This document shows positions 12,901 through 27,605 of a stretch of 64,000 nt of DNA, piece after piece; position 1 is the first letter of the stretch, and each line of letters begins with the position of its first letter. The notes beneath the pieces were generated by a model. The model was not told the origin of the DNA and made no database searches. It was given only the letters and a program-made list of their open reading frames with translations. Made by a program: the position numbers and the translations under genes. The stretch is from Sminthopsis crassicaudata (lineage: Eukaryota): the NCBI RefSeq assembly GCF_048593235.1, contig NC_133617.1, positions 377,584,067 through 377,648,066 of the forward strand, read 5' to 3'.

Positions 12901-13689
12901 CTCAAGTAGGGTCTAGAGACAAATGAGAATTNNNNNNNNNNNNNNNNNNNNNNNNNNNNNNNNNNNNNNNNNNNNNNNNNNNNNNNNNNNNNNNNNNNNN
13001 NNNNNNNNNNNNNNNNNNNNNNNNNNNNNNNNNNNNNNNNNNNNNNNNNNNNNNNNNNNNNNNNNNNNNNNNNNNNNNNNNNNNNNNNNNNNNNNNNNNN
13101 NNNNNNNNNNNNNNNNNNNNNNNNNNNNNNNNNNNNNNNNNNNNNNNNNNNNNNNNNNNNNNNNNNNNNNNNNNNNNNNNNNNNNNNNNNNNNNNNNNNN
13201 NNNNNNNNNNNNNNNNNNNNNNNNNNNNNNNNNNNNNNNNNNNNNNNNNNNNNNNNNNNNNNNNNNNNNNNNNNNNNNNNNNNNNNNNNNNNNNNNNNNN
13301 NNNNNNNNNNNNNNNNNNNNNNNNNNNNNNNNNNNNNNNNNNNNNNNNNNNNNNNNNNNNNNNNNNNNNNNNNNNNNNNNNNNNNNNNNNNNNNNNNNNN
13401 NNNNNNNNNNNNNNNNNNNNNNNNNNNNNNNNNNNNNNNNNNNNNNNNNNNNNNNNNNNNNNNNNNNNNNNNNNNNNNNNNNNNNNNNNNNNNNNNNNNN
13501 NNNNNNNNNNNNNNNNNNNNNNNNNNNNNNNAGAAATAGTTATCACATTGCCCTTCAGACTTCAAAAAATGATTGGAATTTGTATATATCTATTTAACCC
13601 AAATGAATTCATTTCTAAAAGCTCAGTAGAAAATGGACAAAAAACCCATCATTAGCTCCCTTAGTCTGGGTGTGAAGTTTCTCTTTATG

Positions 13690-14195
13690 CAGTCTAGCAT
13701 CACAGAGCTTTTTATGGCTGCCATATCACACAGGTGACCCATTTTCAGCTTGCCCAGGTCTCCTCCAAATGAACTCTTAACTAGTCATCTTCTGCAGTTT
13801 ATTATTTTTCATTCAAATGTAGGATTTTATATTTGCCCTTACGGCATATTTCTTATTGAGTTTGACCCATCATTTTACCCTTTCAAACTATTTTTGAATG
13901 CTGACTCTATCATTCTAACTTGATGTCATTCACATACTTGATAAGCATGTCACACATGTCTCCAACCAAATCACCTCTTAAAAGTTAACCAGAATAGACC
14001 CAAGGACAGCTCTCTATGACCCTGACTAGAAATTTCCCTCTGGGTTGACATTAATCTCTTTAAGTCCAGTTTTAAATCCATCTGTGTATTCTGTAATATA
14101 ATTCACATTTCCCCCCCCCCACCTTATCCATGAAGATTGAATGAGACATTTTGTAAAATGTTTTACTGAAATCCAAATTTGTTCTGTCTAGGACA
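13690..14195 (-). mobile_element. L3/CR1 LINE RT-region fragment
   Basis: ttatccatgaagattgaatgagacattttgtaaaatgttttactgaaatccaaa resembles the antisense CR1 RT region (aggatgtcatgggagactttgtcaaatgccttgctgaagtccag). Confidence 0.65.
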
Positions 14196-14224
14196 TGTCC
14201 ATGATATACCAATCTTGGAATGCT

Positions 14225-14990
14225 GTCACATAATCCAAGAAGTAGAAGGGGTTTCAGGGATCAAGGAATCCTAATTATACTTGACCAATTGACTTCCCAT
14301 TTTAGAACTTAATCAGCCTCTACTTGAAGACCCTTAAAACCGAGGAACTGTTACCTCCCAGGTCAATCAATTCTCCTTTCTAATCATTCTAATATTTCGA
14401 AAGGATTTCTTTACCCTAAGATGAATTCTAACTATGTAACTTTCAACATTTGTTCTTTGTTCTTCCTTAAGGATCCAGAAAGAACAATCCTCATCCTTCC
14501 ACTACCACTACTCACCTCCCATGTTACAGCTTTTCTAATATTTGAAGATAATTACCATATTTGCTTTAAGTATTTTCCAGGCTAAAGATACCCAGTTCTT
14601 TCTGCCATTATATAGCATATTCTTCCGCATTTTTATCATCCCATGAACCTCTTCTTCCCAGTCTCAACATTTTTTATGTCTTTCTAAAAATATGGTGAGA
14701 ATTGAGCATGTTACTCCTTATGTTGACTGAGCAGTGCAAAGTATAGGCGAATTTATTACTTCTCCCTTTCTGAATGTATAGCTTAGGGTAGCATTTACTT
14801 TTGTCTCTCATGTCACACCATTTATTCATATTGAATAAGGATGCCAATTAAAATCTCCCCTATATCATGTTTGTACATTTGTTTTGTTTTTTTTAACTGA
14901 AGAGTAGAATTTTACAGATATTTGTTTTTTAATTTTAGAACAGTTGACTTGACCCAATGTTTTGTCCTATGGAGTTGTTTTTTTAAAATC
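14225..14990 (-). mobile_element. L3/CR1 LINE 3' fragment
   Basis: Begins with an antisense CR1 3' end (agaagtagaagggg...atcagcctctacttgaagaccc...gaggaactgttacctcccaggtcaatcaattc). Confidence 0.65.
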
Positions 14991-15499
14991 TAGATTCTAA
15001 AATAATAATAATGAAGATGATAATAAAGATTATGTTTAAGTATCCCTTCAAATTCAAATAGTATTTTCATAAGCATATTATCAATGTTTTAATTCAAGTC
15101 ATCGATGAAATGTTGAGCTGAATAAAATCAGGGTTATATTCTTGACAAGGGATATACAAGATCAGTGATCTATCTTGCTAAGTATTAAGTATCTAAGTAT
15201 TACACACCTATATATTTCTGAAACATTTCTCCAGATTGACAGCCACTTTGGAGAAATGACTTTACTCTGGCTACTATGGAGAAAGCAGTATGGTACAATG
15301 GACAGCATTTTAGACTTGGGGTCAGAAAAACAATATTCTAACCTCACCTCTGGAACATTACTTGTATAATCCAGAGAAGGTGAAATTATCCAAATCAGTT
15401 TCTTAATTTGTTGAATTGGTATATCATGGGTAAATCTTGTGAGACTTGAGTGAAATGACATGGATATATAAAGTCTGTTTCAAACTTTAATACATAAAC

Positions 15500-15542
<43 letters not shown>
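15500..15542 (+). repeat. (TTA)n microsatellite
   Basis: Direct reading. Confidence 0.95.
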
Positions 15543-15649
15543 TAGGCCCATTTGTGTAACCAGTCTAAATATTCCTAAATATGCTATTATCCAACCCATA
15601 TTTCTCCATCTTAGCCTCAATTTGATATAATATAGACAATAAACCAAGT

Positions 15650-16575
15650 GGTAAATCAACCAACATTTATTAAGTATTAATCCATGCTAATCATTATGCT
15701 AAACACTGAGCATACAAAGCAGCAGCAACACTGCTCTCAAGGAGCTTGCTTTTTAATGGGAGAAAAGCACATAAAAAATGAAAGCTGGTGGTTAAAGGCA
15801 ATTTCAAAGACCTTCTGTGGAGTTGGATCATGAATTAAGCATCTCAAGGATCTAAGAAGAACAAAAGGCTGCAAATTTCAGATCAGAACTTTTCTAGCAT
15901 GATGAATAGCAAAGGCACAGAAATGGGAGATAGAGTATGATGTGTGAGGAGTAGCAAGTGGACCATTGTGGCTAGATTGTAGACTGCATGGTGAGGAATG
16001 AAGGGAAGAAGCTTGGAAATTGAGAAGATATTAGGTTATGAAGAGTCCTAAATATTGAACAGAAGGCTTTGTATTTGATTCCAGAGCAGGAAAATGACAG
16101 GGTCAGATATATGGATTGGGGGAAAGAATCACTTTGACTCTTAAGTATAAGTTGATTAAAAAGAAAAAAGATAAAGCATAGAAACTGAGTACTATAGAAA
16201 GATGTTTCATCAGTCCATTTAAGAGGAGATAAACTAGGTAATGGCAGAAGTGAAAAATGTTGTGAAGACAGAAAAAGCAAGAATGGGCAATAAATTGGAT
16301 ATATCAAATGAAGGATGACACCTGGGTTGCAGGCCTCAGTGACTAGAAGGACCTGGAAGGATAACGGTACTCTTCATGTTCATAAGGAAGTTGGGAAGAA
16401 GGGAAGGATTTAAAGAAAAAAATAATAAATAAATAATTTCTGTTCTGGACACATGGAGTTCAAGATATGATGTGAGGTCTGGGGGGGGGGGGAATTAAAG
16501 TTGGATTAATAGACCTGGGAATCACCTGTATAAAGATGTTAATTGAAATCATGGGAATTGATGAGTTCACTTAAT
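15650..16575 (-). mobile_element. L2 LINE fragment
   Basis: L2 tail (caacatttattaagt...ctgctctcaaggagctt) followed by purine-rich antisense L2 body (gacacatggagttcaagat...atcatgggaattgatgagttcac). Confidence 0.65.
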
Positions 16576-17268
16576 CACAAAAGCATTTATTAATCACTTG
16601 GAATGAGATAGGCCCCATGCTAGGTACAAGGGATATAAAGAAAGAAAAAAAAAAAAAGAAACAGACTCTTCCATTACAAGAATTGCATTATACTAAAGGA
16701 GGTAAGATTCACAATGCTTTATGCAAGCATACCATGAAACTACTTTACAGAAGTCTAAGTATTATGTGTCTATATCATTTCCCAAATGTGCAACTCAAGT
16801 TACCTTGTCAAAATAAAGAAAATTATATTAGTTCTACATGAGTCATTCTTGATGAACCATATTGGATTTTAATGAACACTGCCTCCAGTCATAAGTATTC
16901 ATGTGTCATTTGCTTAATGATGGGTTATAGAAATCAAGGTCATGGGTCTATGGTTTATAACATATATTGTTTCCCCTTTTTGAAAATTAAAAAAAAAATT
17001 GTTACCCTTTTCTAACCATAAGATCACGCTAGAAAAAGAAGGGATCCATGGGTCATTTAGTACAAATCCCTCATCTTACAAATGAGGAAAAAGGTTTAGG
17101 AAGAATGACTTATCTAAGGTCACACATGTAATAAGCATCAGTGTTCTTTCTCCAGAACCAAGGTTATTTCTATATTCTATATTCACTGGAACAGAGTCCG
17201 TTCCAATGGCTCAGCAATCATAGCTGGCATTTTTCTTTTGCTCACTATTTTAGGAAATAGCTCATAGA

Positions 17269-17289
17269 CTTGCTGACTCAGCAAGGTCA
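17269..17289. promoter_or_regulatory. Perfect T-MARE palindrome (Maf/NFE2-type site) overlapping an AGGTCA nuclear-receptor half-site
   Basis: CTTGCTGACTCAGCAAGGTCA; TGCTGACTCAGCA at 17271-17283. Motif match only; function untested. Confidence 0.4.
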
Positions 17290-18234
17290 ACTCTACTGCA
17301 TGTTTATCTCATTGCTTTTTTTGGGTTGCCACTTGCTGCTAAACATTTTCATTCTATCACTCTCAGTTCAAAGGCCATTTGCCTTGAAAAATAAAACAGA
17401 AGCAAAATAATATACAAGGTATATCTTGCTTTTTTATTTCTTTCATCTTCCAATCAATCATTATATTTGTACTCAAGGAGTCATGGATTTGTCAAGAAGT
17501 TTCCAGGTTTGGGAAGTCAAGAAGACCCAAAACTAAAAATAAAGAGACAAAATTTAAGGAGAGCAGAACTAGGGTATTAAAATTTTAACCCTCTAGTAGA
17601 AGGTCAGATCTTTCTATAGACTTGGTGATATAATTTTCTGGATTCATTTTTTTAGGTAACTGGTTTAATAGACATCTATGTCAGTCTAAAAATAGCATCA
17701 TATAATTATGAGAACTGAACTGAGAAATTAGGACCCCTGACTCCTAAGTCTGGTTTGAGTTGCTAATCATCAGCAATATCATCAGCCTCTTTGTGTTCTG
17801 ATTTACCAATTTATAATAATGGAGCATTACCTCCTTTATTTAACTAGATGTGTTTTGTAAAAATTAAATGTGACGATGTAAATAAAAGTGCTTTGAAAGC
17901 CTATAAATGGCTGTGGCATCATGAATACAGTGTTTTACTGAAATAAGGACAATTTCAAATCTTGCTTTTGACTTAAATCCATAGACAACTTTCTGATGAT
18001 CATATAGAAATGTAACCAATGGCATTAAGAATAACTGAATCTTTTACAATATCACCATTTATGTCTAAATCATTAAAAAGAAAGAAAAAAAGTAACTGAA
18101 TCTTCATGTCACTTTGAAAAATGGTTTCTTGATTACTTTACCTTTAAAATAAGAGTTCAATTATTTTTTATGAAATCACAATTCTTTATTAATTTATCAA
18201 ATTATATAAAAAGGATATTCAAGAATAAAATATC

Positions 18235-19420
18235 AAAAGGGATAAATCCTCCAAGTGTTTATGATATTTTTGGCACTCTGTTAAAAATTGGAGGTGCCAA
18301 AAAAGAAATAAAAGAAAGGACAAAAGATAATACTCCTTCCCCTCAAGAAATTTCCATTCTACTGGAAAAATATAATACAAAAAAAGTACAACTCTGTGCA
18401 ATTTGAGAAGAGGAAAAGTACTAGTAACAAAGAGAGTTCATTTATGGAAGGCTTCAGAAAGGGTGGGCCATCAGAGTTGAGTCTCAAGGAACACAAGGAT
18501 TCTGAGAATCTGAGATGAAGTGGCCAAAGAGAGAAATATGGTCTAAGTATAGAGAGTAGCCCATATGCACAAGTGGAGAAGAGAGTTTGGATATTGGGTA
18601 TAGAAACAGTTTGTAGGTGGTCCAGTTTGGCTGAAGCATATGGTTTGTGAAAAGAGATAGTGTGAAGTAAGAGTAGAAATGAGCCAAATTTTGAAGGGCC
18701 TTGCTTAAATGTCAGACAGAGGAGTTTATCCTAGAGGCTATGGAAAGTAACTGAATGGGTTTTTGGAGATCAGACATGTGCATTAGAAAGATGGTTTGGC
18801 CCATATGTAGAAGATGAATTGGAGAAGGGAGATAGTAAAAGTAGGATGATCTAATAGGAGGTCATTGTTTTGTTTTGCTTTGTTTTGTTTTTCACTATTA
18901 GGATAGTAACCCTTGGCAAGAAGTGCTGAGAGCCTGAATTGGATGTGTAATTGCCACTTCAATGTAGCATGATTTGTTTTTGTGTTCCTTTGAAAGAAAG
19001 TCATATTGTAGGTGCAGGGTGAGATCCACAGGGCAACTGTTTTTGACGTGGGAGAATGGGATAATGGGAGAAAGGCCCAAGGTGTCTCTTCAGCTAAGAA
19101 CCTGGGTGACAAGATAAATAGAGAAGTTTGGAGATGCAGAGGTAAAATGTGCTATGGGGATGTGGGAGATATCTGTGAAGCTGAGTCATAAAATAGATAA
19201 GATTTAGTGCGGAAGATAACCAGTTCTATTTGGAGAATGTTGGCTTAAGATAATGACAAAATATCCAAAAATGTCCAAGGTTCAGTTGAAAAAGGGATGA
19301 GGAACATCTAGAATTCAGGAGAGACAATAGGGTCAAATGTATAAATGTGGAAATCATCTGACTACAAATGATATTTAAACCCATGGGAGGTGATGAAATC
19401 ATCAAGGTGGAGAACATTCA
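18235..19420 (-). mobile_element. L2 LINE fragment(s)
   Basis: Antisense L2 motifs (ccttcccctcaagaaa...gagttgagtctcaagga...gaagggccttgcttaaatgtcag...atttaaacccatgggaggtgatgaaatcatcaagg). Confidence 0.65.
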
Positions 19421-19789
19421 TTATCGGTCTTGTTTTGATTCATTAATTTCAAATCCAGAATTCATTATCAACCTTGACCCTACTGGAGTCAGACATCTGC
19501 CAGGATTTTTAATTATTATAACCTAATTTTGTGGAATCATAAATTTCTTATTGTTTGAGCAGGAATTTGGCTTACTTAACTTTAGCTGAAGACAGTATCA
19601 CTTATGACCTTCCCAGTCTTTTCTGCATAAAGTTCATATTTTCTTGATTATCTTTTCCCCTTTGAAATGGGATATCCATTTTTGTGAAGAACTTTTCATA
19701 CTATCTTTAAAACTGATACTTATATTTATGTATAACCATAAAAGTCTGGAACCAAAGATATATAACATAAGCCTTGGCATCCTTGAGTT

Positions 19790-20100
19790 TTCCCTAGTTA
19801 ATTTTTTCTAAAAAAATATTTTTCATTGATATCTTTGCTTTTATATACCCACCTGATTATATGCTTTCCTCTTTTAATCTCCAGTGATTTATCCATTGGA
19901 ACAAAGAATGAAAAGAAAAGAGCAAATAAAAAAGCAGTTCAACAAACAAATTAAATATCAACTCAGTTTGATAATATGCACAGTGTTTCACAACAATATC
20001 CACACATATATAACTTTGCAAAGAAAGAGGGAGGTATATTTTCTCATCTTTTTTTCTGGCACTAATATATTATTATTATGCTTATACAAACTCCTTGCTT
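19790..20100 (-). mobile_element. Probable old L1 3'UTR fragment
   Basis: Similar in style to the other marsupial L1 3' ends here; recognised by eye only. Confidence 0.4.
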
Positions 20101-21542
20101 TCTGACAGGAAGTATAATATCTTCCTGTGCCATAAGAAAGGTGAGATGAATCTCCCATGATTTGGGCTTACCATGCTTACAGGGGGGAAATATGTGTGTG
20201 TGTGATTTTTCATTTATTTATTTTCACTTTTTGCAAACACTTGAAATACCTACATTGTCAGATTCTACTCTAATCAAATTGTTCAGTGTCAGTTTAGAAG
20301 TAATTGTTGGATATGAATTCACATAAACAGTGGGAGTCACAGTTCTTTTGTTAGTTATCATCAAAAGTTCAATTTATTAAACAAATCAAGGTATTAATCA
20401 AAGAGGGCATGATGAAATTACTTCAACAAATAATATTTTAGAGAGCAGATTCAAATTTATAATTAAGAAAGTTATAACTTCTGTTCCATGATCATTCCTG
20501 ACTAATAATGCTGGAGGAAATGTTTCATTTGTAGCTGAGATCCTTTAGAGAAAAATATGACTTAAAATTTTAATGAGCCTTATTTCCTGAGATTCAAGAC
20601 ATATCATAAGATATTTTGTTTTTGTTTTTTCCTTTTCTTCCCATCTTTTTTTCACTGAATAATGGATCAACCATTTTATCTTTAAAATTAAAAACCATTT
20701 TATCTTTCTTAAGGCAGAGCCCTATAAAATATAAAAATTATTACATATTGAGTTTTTCAGTGTGAAGACAAAGGTGAGATTGATAGATATAGTTATAAGA
20801 GGAGTTTAACTTTCATTTCTTTTGGTCTTTATTTCTGAACCCTCTATATATGCAATAGGATTAGTTCATAACTCAAGTGTAGTGATTTTTAATCAAGGTG
20901 GGAGACTTTGAACTAATTTAAGCAATCTCTCAGTTAATGTTTGGGGAATTGGCTGTTTAGAAATGCTTTCTAAAGTAAATGAAAAGCTATATACCTGGCA
21001 ATAATTACCTAGTATAGAATATTCCTTGGAAATTAATCACCAACTGGGATTAAAAGCAGCTTCAGCAAGGGCCATCAGCCTCCCCAAGTTATGCATTAAT
21101 CCTCTTGAAAAGCCCTACTCTTCATTCATTATTCTTTAAATATTTCCTACAATGTTATCATGATGCAGCACTCAGCAACATCAATATCTTGTACTTTATG
21201 ACACCATCCTGAACCCAGTGACTGCTTTTTAAGTAGAATTCATACACTCTTGACAGATTATAAATTATATGTGCTTTAAAGATGGTTTCTTAAGGAGGGG
21301 AGGGAAGTAAATTGTGAGTACAGGGTGTCAAATAATTTATCTTTGGAAGCATCAAATAAGTAAGATATTCCTCATAAACCATGACCTTTGATTTACATCA
21401 CAGAATAATTTCTGTGGAACTAAGTAACATTCATTTTCCTTCTTTCCTACTTAATGACAGCAATTTAGCCATTTCCTCTGAGATTATTTTTTCCCACTCC
21501 ACTTTAGAAATTTTATTTATATAATTAGTCATAGTTACCTGA

Positions 21543-21767
<225 letters not shown>

Positions 21768-23588
21768 TAGGTGAAAGCTGGAAAGCAAGATGGGGAGGGA
21801 CCCTGATAGATGGGTCCTTTTGTATAATCATATTAATCATATTTTGTTTTTAACAACATACCTGTAAAACAAATACATCATCATCAATGTAGCAACTAGC
21901 ATTCATAGAGCACTTTAATTTTTGCAAAATGCTTCCCATGTATTATCTTATTCAATCCTCACCAAAAAAAAAAAAATCCTACCAGGAAGATTCTATTTTT
22001 ATTACCATTTTATGAATGGGAAATTGAGTCAAATAAATAGTAAGTTAGTGCTTCAGACAAGAGTTGAAATCAGGTCTTCCCAAACTGAAGTAGAGTATTC
22101 TATTCCTTGTGTCACCCAGCTACTTACTATGCTACCTGTCATACTCATCCTATGTACCTGACTATGAGGATCATCTTTCATTTTTCTTTCCAAGCAAAGA
22201 ATATCCAATGGAATTAAACAGAGCCACACAAGCATAATATTAGAATCTTCTTAAACTCTAAATTTCTGTCACTTTCACCCTGAGATAGTTTCCTAGCACG
22301 TGAGAAAGCATTTATGAGCATGAGTAATCAACCTGAACTGACACTCCTTCAATTTTTCTCTAAAAGTTTTTCCATTCATGACCCCTTTTCACCCAAGAAA
22401 TTTCTAGGTTTATAGATATACAAATCAAACATTTACTGATAATAAATGAGCATTTGGTTATGAGATTCCCATGTAAGATCACAAATTACAGTTTAAGAAA
22501 GCTGGTATATAAACTATTCAATCTTTTTAAGTGTAACATTTTGTCCAGATTTATGATTTTATTGATGTAGGAAATTCTTAGCAAGAGAATTCTCTTTACT
22601 AGAGCAGGTTTAGTCATTGTTCTGCAACTCCAAAATATGAAATCTGAAGTTGGATAGGACCATAGAAATCATCTAGTCCCACTTCTTTTTACTGATGCAG
22701 AAATAGAAGGACTGGAAGGTTTGCCCAAAGTCACAGTGGCAGTAAGCTTTAGAGGGAAGATTTGAATCCAGGTGTACTGACTCCAGAGGCAGTGCTCTTT
22801 CCATTGTAATGTACTGTCTTAGAAAGTTTATTGGGGCACGGGGAGGGTTATTATTTTGTCCCAGGTGAAATATATAGTATGGGTTAGAATTAGGAATTAT
22901 GTTCAGAATGTCCTGGCTCTAAAATCATCTTACAGTACACTGTGGAGTACTTCCTCTCCAAAGTATAATATAGATATTTTGTAAATAAGTCCAATTTTTT
23001 TTTCAAAATTGAAAGGATTCAGTCCTGGCTGATTGGCTTGAGATGAACTTGGGTTGATATCTTAGAACAGGGGAAAGCACATGCAGAGAAACTAAAAATT
23101 GTTATATCCATATCTTTCTATAGATATAATAAATAAATCAGATAAAATATATCTACCTTTGGGATTAGGTGTGGAAAAAAAACACAGAATATTGTCTATT
23201 CCATAATGATTTGACATCTTTGCTAAGAAAATTGACTCACAAACTTCCTTATCTGTCTCCTTCATTCTGTCTTTTTTTCCTGTTCCATAATATATAATAA
23301 TAATGAAGTTATTCAATGAAATTAAGGATCTGTCTACTAACTTCAAAAAATAAGTGAGCACTTCTCCCACAATGATATCCTTATCCTAGATGTTGTGCTA
23401 TATATCTGCAGTTTACTTTAGAAGGATCTTTTTATTTGATGTAAATAGAAGATTTTGGGTCCATATTTGGAATGTATCATCATTTTAGGTCATTTCAGTG
23501 AGCACAGTATTGGCTGATCCTTTAGTACTCTTTCTTAAGAAACATGGCAATTTCTAATTTGATACAAGCTAAGTAACACAGTGAAACA

Positions 23589-23805
23589 TGGAGTAAGGAA
23601 GATTCCCTTTCCTGAGTCCAAATCTGGCCTTAGATACATACTAGCTGTGACAATGAGTAAGACACTTACTCCTGTTTGCCTCAGTTTCCTGATCTACAAA
23701 AGGAACCGGAGGAAAAAAATGGCAAACCACTCCAGTATCTCTGCCCAAAAAAATCCCAAATGGAGTTATGGAAGTGGACATGATTAAAAATGACTTAACA
23801 ACAAC
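23589..23805 (+). mobile_element. Mar1-type marsupial CORE-SINE
   Basis: CORE (cctgtttgcctcagtttcctgatct) plus RTE/BovB-like tail (aaatggcaaaccactccagtatctctgcc...aaatggagttatggaagtggacatgattaaaaatgacttaacaacaac). Confidence 0.8.
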
Positions 23806-26800
23806 CATTTCTTCCATTATTTATCTTGTTACTCCCTTCTATGTTATTTCAATTTTCTTCAACAAACATTTATTTAGTACCTATTCTGGGTAAGGCACTG
23901 AACCAAAGAATAAAGGGAATAAAAGTGTGAGTGATAAATAGATCATCCTCACATAAATCTTTAAATCTAGTAGAGGGGATCAAGTATAATAAAGTTATAA
24001 ATAAATAAGTTTAAAATGACATTGAAATGAATAAAACACCCAGTATTTTGTATGGCAAATACATTGAGTGAAATATATTCAGAATAAAACTGACTGTTCA
24101 TATCATTTGAGGAGCAGAGATGGTGGGTTGAAGCTGGAAAGAAGAAAATTTAAGCTTTACTTCAGGAATAAGTTCTAAGAATTGGAACTATCTAAAAGTA
24201 GGTTGATTGGAGTCCCTAAAGAAATGTAGTCAATCTCATTAGAGGTCTTTAAATACAAGAAGAAATAACCATTTTTAATATAGTATCATGAGAGTTTTTA
24301 GTATACATTAGAATAGATGGCTATTGATATCCTTTCCAATTCTAAAATTCTATGATAAGTATGTTTACAAATACAGTTAAGGTACATTCATAAGAGAAGG
24401 AAGAAACAAAGTGCTATTAGAGCTCAGGAAAAGGAAGATAGCTTTCAGCTTGATGTATTCAGAAAGGCTATGGGAAGAGGTTAGAATTGGATGAGCATTG
24501 TTTCTATTTAGAGATGGCATATTCAACTCCAAATAATAGGGGAAAAGCCATGGAGATAGGAAAGATTAAGACCCCGAGAATGTGGTACAATTTGCCAACA
24601 TGTAGGGTAAATAGAGGATAACAGTGTTAATAAAGCTGAAAATGTACATAAATCAAGCTGTGTTTTTCATCCATTATCTGAGAAAGGAATGGTCATAAGT
24701 TAGCTATCAACAACAATAACTAGGCAGGTGGTTGGTTGGCAAGGAAAAGGAAACTGTCTAGAAGTAAGAATGGGGATGGCATATTATTAATTTTTGGCAA
24801 AGTAAAAAGTAAGGATTATGCTAACTTAGGTCCTTTTGCTCAGATGTGTCTATTCTTGATTTCTTGGTATGACACATACCTTATGTGGCTTCCAGATGGT
24901 AATTAAATTCTTCTTCAGTCTCTGTCAGAAGCAACATTTGTAAGGAACCTCTATTTGCATTTCAGCTTTGGCAAGAACCATTAATTGTAAATCAAAGGCA
25001 AATAAGTAGTCTAATTTCATCTCCACAGAATGTCAAAAGTCAATACAAATAAATAAGGCTTTATTCAAAAGTCTCTAGCGACTAAACAACAAATAAATAG
25101 ACAAGGCTTTGCATACAGACAGTTTGCCATATAGTCACAAGAGTTATAAATGAGAATGACAAAGGGCTGAAGATTTCCAGAAAGCATTAAAGGCAAGAAA
25201 AAAAAATTGCAATGATTTAGTAACTATAATATGTAGTTGTATTTTTCCAATATCAAACAAGTATGTCAATCCAAAATAGATAGGTAAAGCTAATCAGTCT
25301 ATTACTTCATATCCTATTAATTCTGATACCTAATGAAGACTCAACAAACTTCTTAACCTCATATATGAGAGCTTCATCTGAGATAAATATGATGGCATTT
25401 GTGAAGACTCACTAGAAAGATTCTCCGTTCAGGAGTTTTGTTATTGGTTACCCTAAAATTCAGGCTATTTCTCCCTCTTGTTTTAGATTGAAATTATAAA
25501 GTAAGCAATTTTTAGTTATGTTTTCTTTAAAGTCATAACATTTGTCATAATGACTATACCTATTACAGGTACTGAGGCTAAGAGCTGTATGGATTGTGGA
25601 TCTCTGACATACAAGTACCTAAATTTGCATAGAATATAGTGATAGTTCATAAAGATCCATCTTTTATTTTTAATTAATTTTAGAATATTTGCATTATTTG
25701 CAACATGAGTCCAGAGAGAATGTTTGAATACTTATTGACAACAGATTCATGGGAAACTGGCCTGGAAACTATGAGTAATCAGTCACAAACACTTAATCAT
25801 TTGGGGGAATCCCATACCACTTTGAAGTTGTTTCCATTTATATTTTAAAGTTAACCTGCTTGTCCTGATGTGGGGTGAATTGTAAACTCTATTTGGATTT
25901 CCCTTAAAATGGCATAGTACATTAGTGTAAATTCTGGCCACCCTTTGTCATAGAGACCCAGAAGAAATTTTCCCAAACCTCTAAAGAGGATCATATATGA
26001 AGCAAAGACACTTGGAGAAATTTTAATTTGCCCTTTATATAAGGGGATATCTAAAATTGTCTAGAGCATAGTTGGATGACTTAATGCACTCGGAATCAAA
26101 GGAAAGTTTTCATTCATAACAGGTTGGTTTGAAGGATGAAAAGATGAATTCAAGTTCACCCCAAGTCCCCTCCTTCCTTTGTAAAAAACTGTATATGTCC
26201 TATAATTGCTCTAAAGGGGTAGGTTTTCCCTCATAGAAACTAGGTTTTTCTTTTTTTTTTCTTGCATTTATTATTTTAGATTAGGAAAAGTCTTTTTCTC
26301 AGGCCACAAGAGAGATGTTAACCTATGTGAACTTTGTAAAATGTTATCATCTGTCTATTATAGCAGACATTAGCATATAGCAGCATATTTGGACAAATGG
26401 ACAAATGTTAATGATTACATTAGAATAAAAACAGTGTCAAATAGATATTTCTTGAGATATTTTAGTACAAGGCAGTAGTACAAGCTCTCAAAAAAGATAA
26501 TGTAGAAACTCCAGCCCTTTTAGACTAGGGACTTTACCAGTATGTAAATAGATTTCTGAAGAACAACAAAAATTATAATCACCTGTCCCAAATAGCAACA
26601 TATTTCTTTGAGTTAATGAGGCAGTATGGTGGAGTGCAAAAAACACTGACCCTGTTGTTAGCAATAATAGATTTGCTCTCAAAACTAGCAATCTCTTTTT
26701 AAATGGACCCTCTAAGCCTCAGTTTCTTAAAGTGTAAAATGTGTATAGTAATCCTTATATAATTTGGCTCAAAGGGTTGTTTTAAGAAAAGCAATAATAT

Positions 26801-27318
26801 AACTTACAGTGATTTGAAGAAAGGTGCTATTGGGCTATTACTACGTTTACCCAGCTGAGACACTATAATTCTTACAATCCCAAGAAAATTATGAATATGT
26901 ATCAACTTTGCTGTGATATTAAAGTTCCTAAGGGAAAGAAGCACAAGTCCACCTAAGGAAACAAGAGTGGGTAGAGGAAGGAACTCTGTAGGAAAAGAAG
27001 CAGAAAGGAAGGTGACATAGGGTTTGAAGGTTTCCAAAGAACTTTTTAATCACCACACCTCATTAGAGCCTCACAACAAGAGAGATATAGCAGATATAAC
27101 AATCTCTGAGTTGCAAGTAAGAACGACACATATGAATATGGAAGAGCACAAAATGTTACTGACAGCCTCCCTTTTAAATGAGTACCTTTTAAAAAAAAAG
27201 TACCTAAATGTTCTATCTGCCATTCGTGCCCTATTTTCTCAGAAGTCAGAAGACTTCAATTCAACAAATATATTTATGACCTGTCATCAAGACACCATGT
27301 TAAGCATTGGCAAAATGA

Positions 27319-27319
<1 letters not shown>

Positions 27320-27370
<51 letters not shown>
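27320..27370 (+). repeat. (AAT)n microsatellite
   Basis: Direct reading; it explains the poly-Asn in ORF 27024..27374. Confidence 0.95.
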
Positions 27371-27374
<4 letters not shown>

Positions 27375-27605
27375 TGATAATCCCTGACCTTAGAAGCTTC
27401 AGCATGGTTTCAAAAGTCCTTTCATTTTCCTCTTAATAAGCAAGTAAAAGACATTACATTAATTCACATGGAATACGAGAGTTCTTCCCTTCCAAACTTC
27501 TCTATTTCAAACTAATCTGGAAAAATCTCAGTATCATGTTCTCTCAGTTCATGGAGGAGCAGATAGAACAAGTGTTCTTATGCCAAAAATATAGTTGTAT
27601 TCTTT

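Noticed and set aside
24985-25110. Forkhead motif cluster (TAAACA/CAAATA)
   Set aside because: AT-rich hexamers are expected frequently here, with no independent support.
27024-27374. 116-aa ORF with poly-Asn tail
   Set aside because: The poly-Asn comes from an (AAT)n microsatellite; the rest has no recognisable homology.
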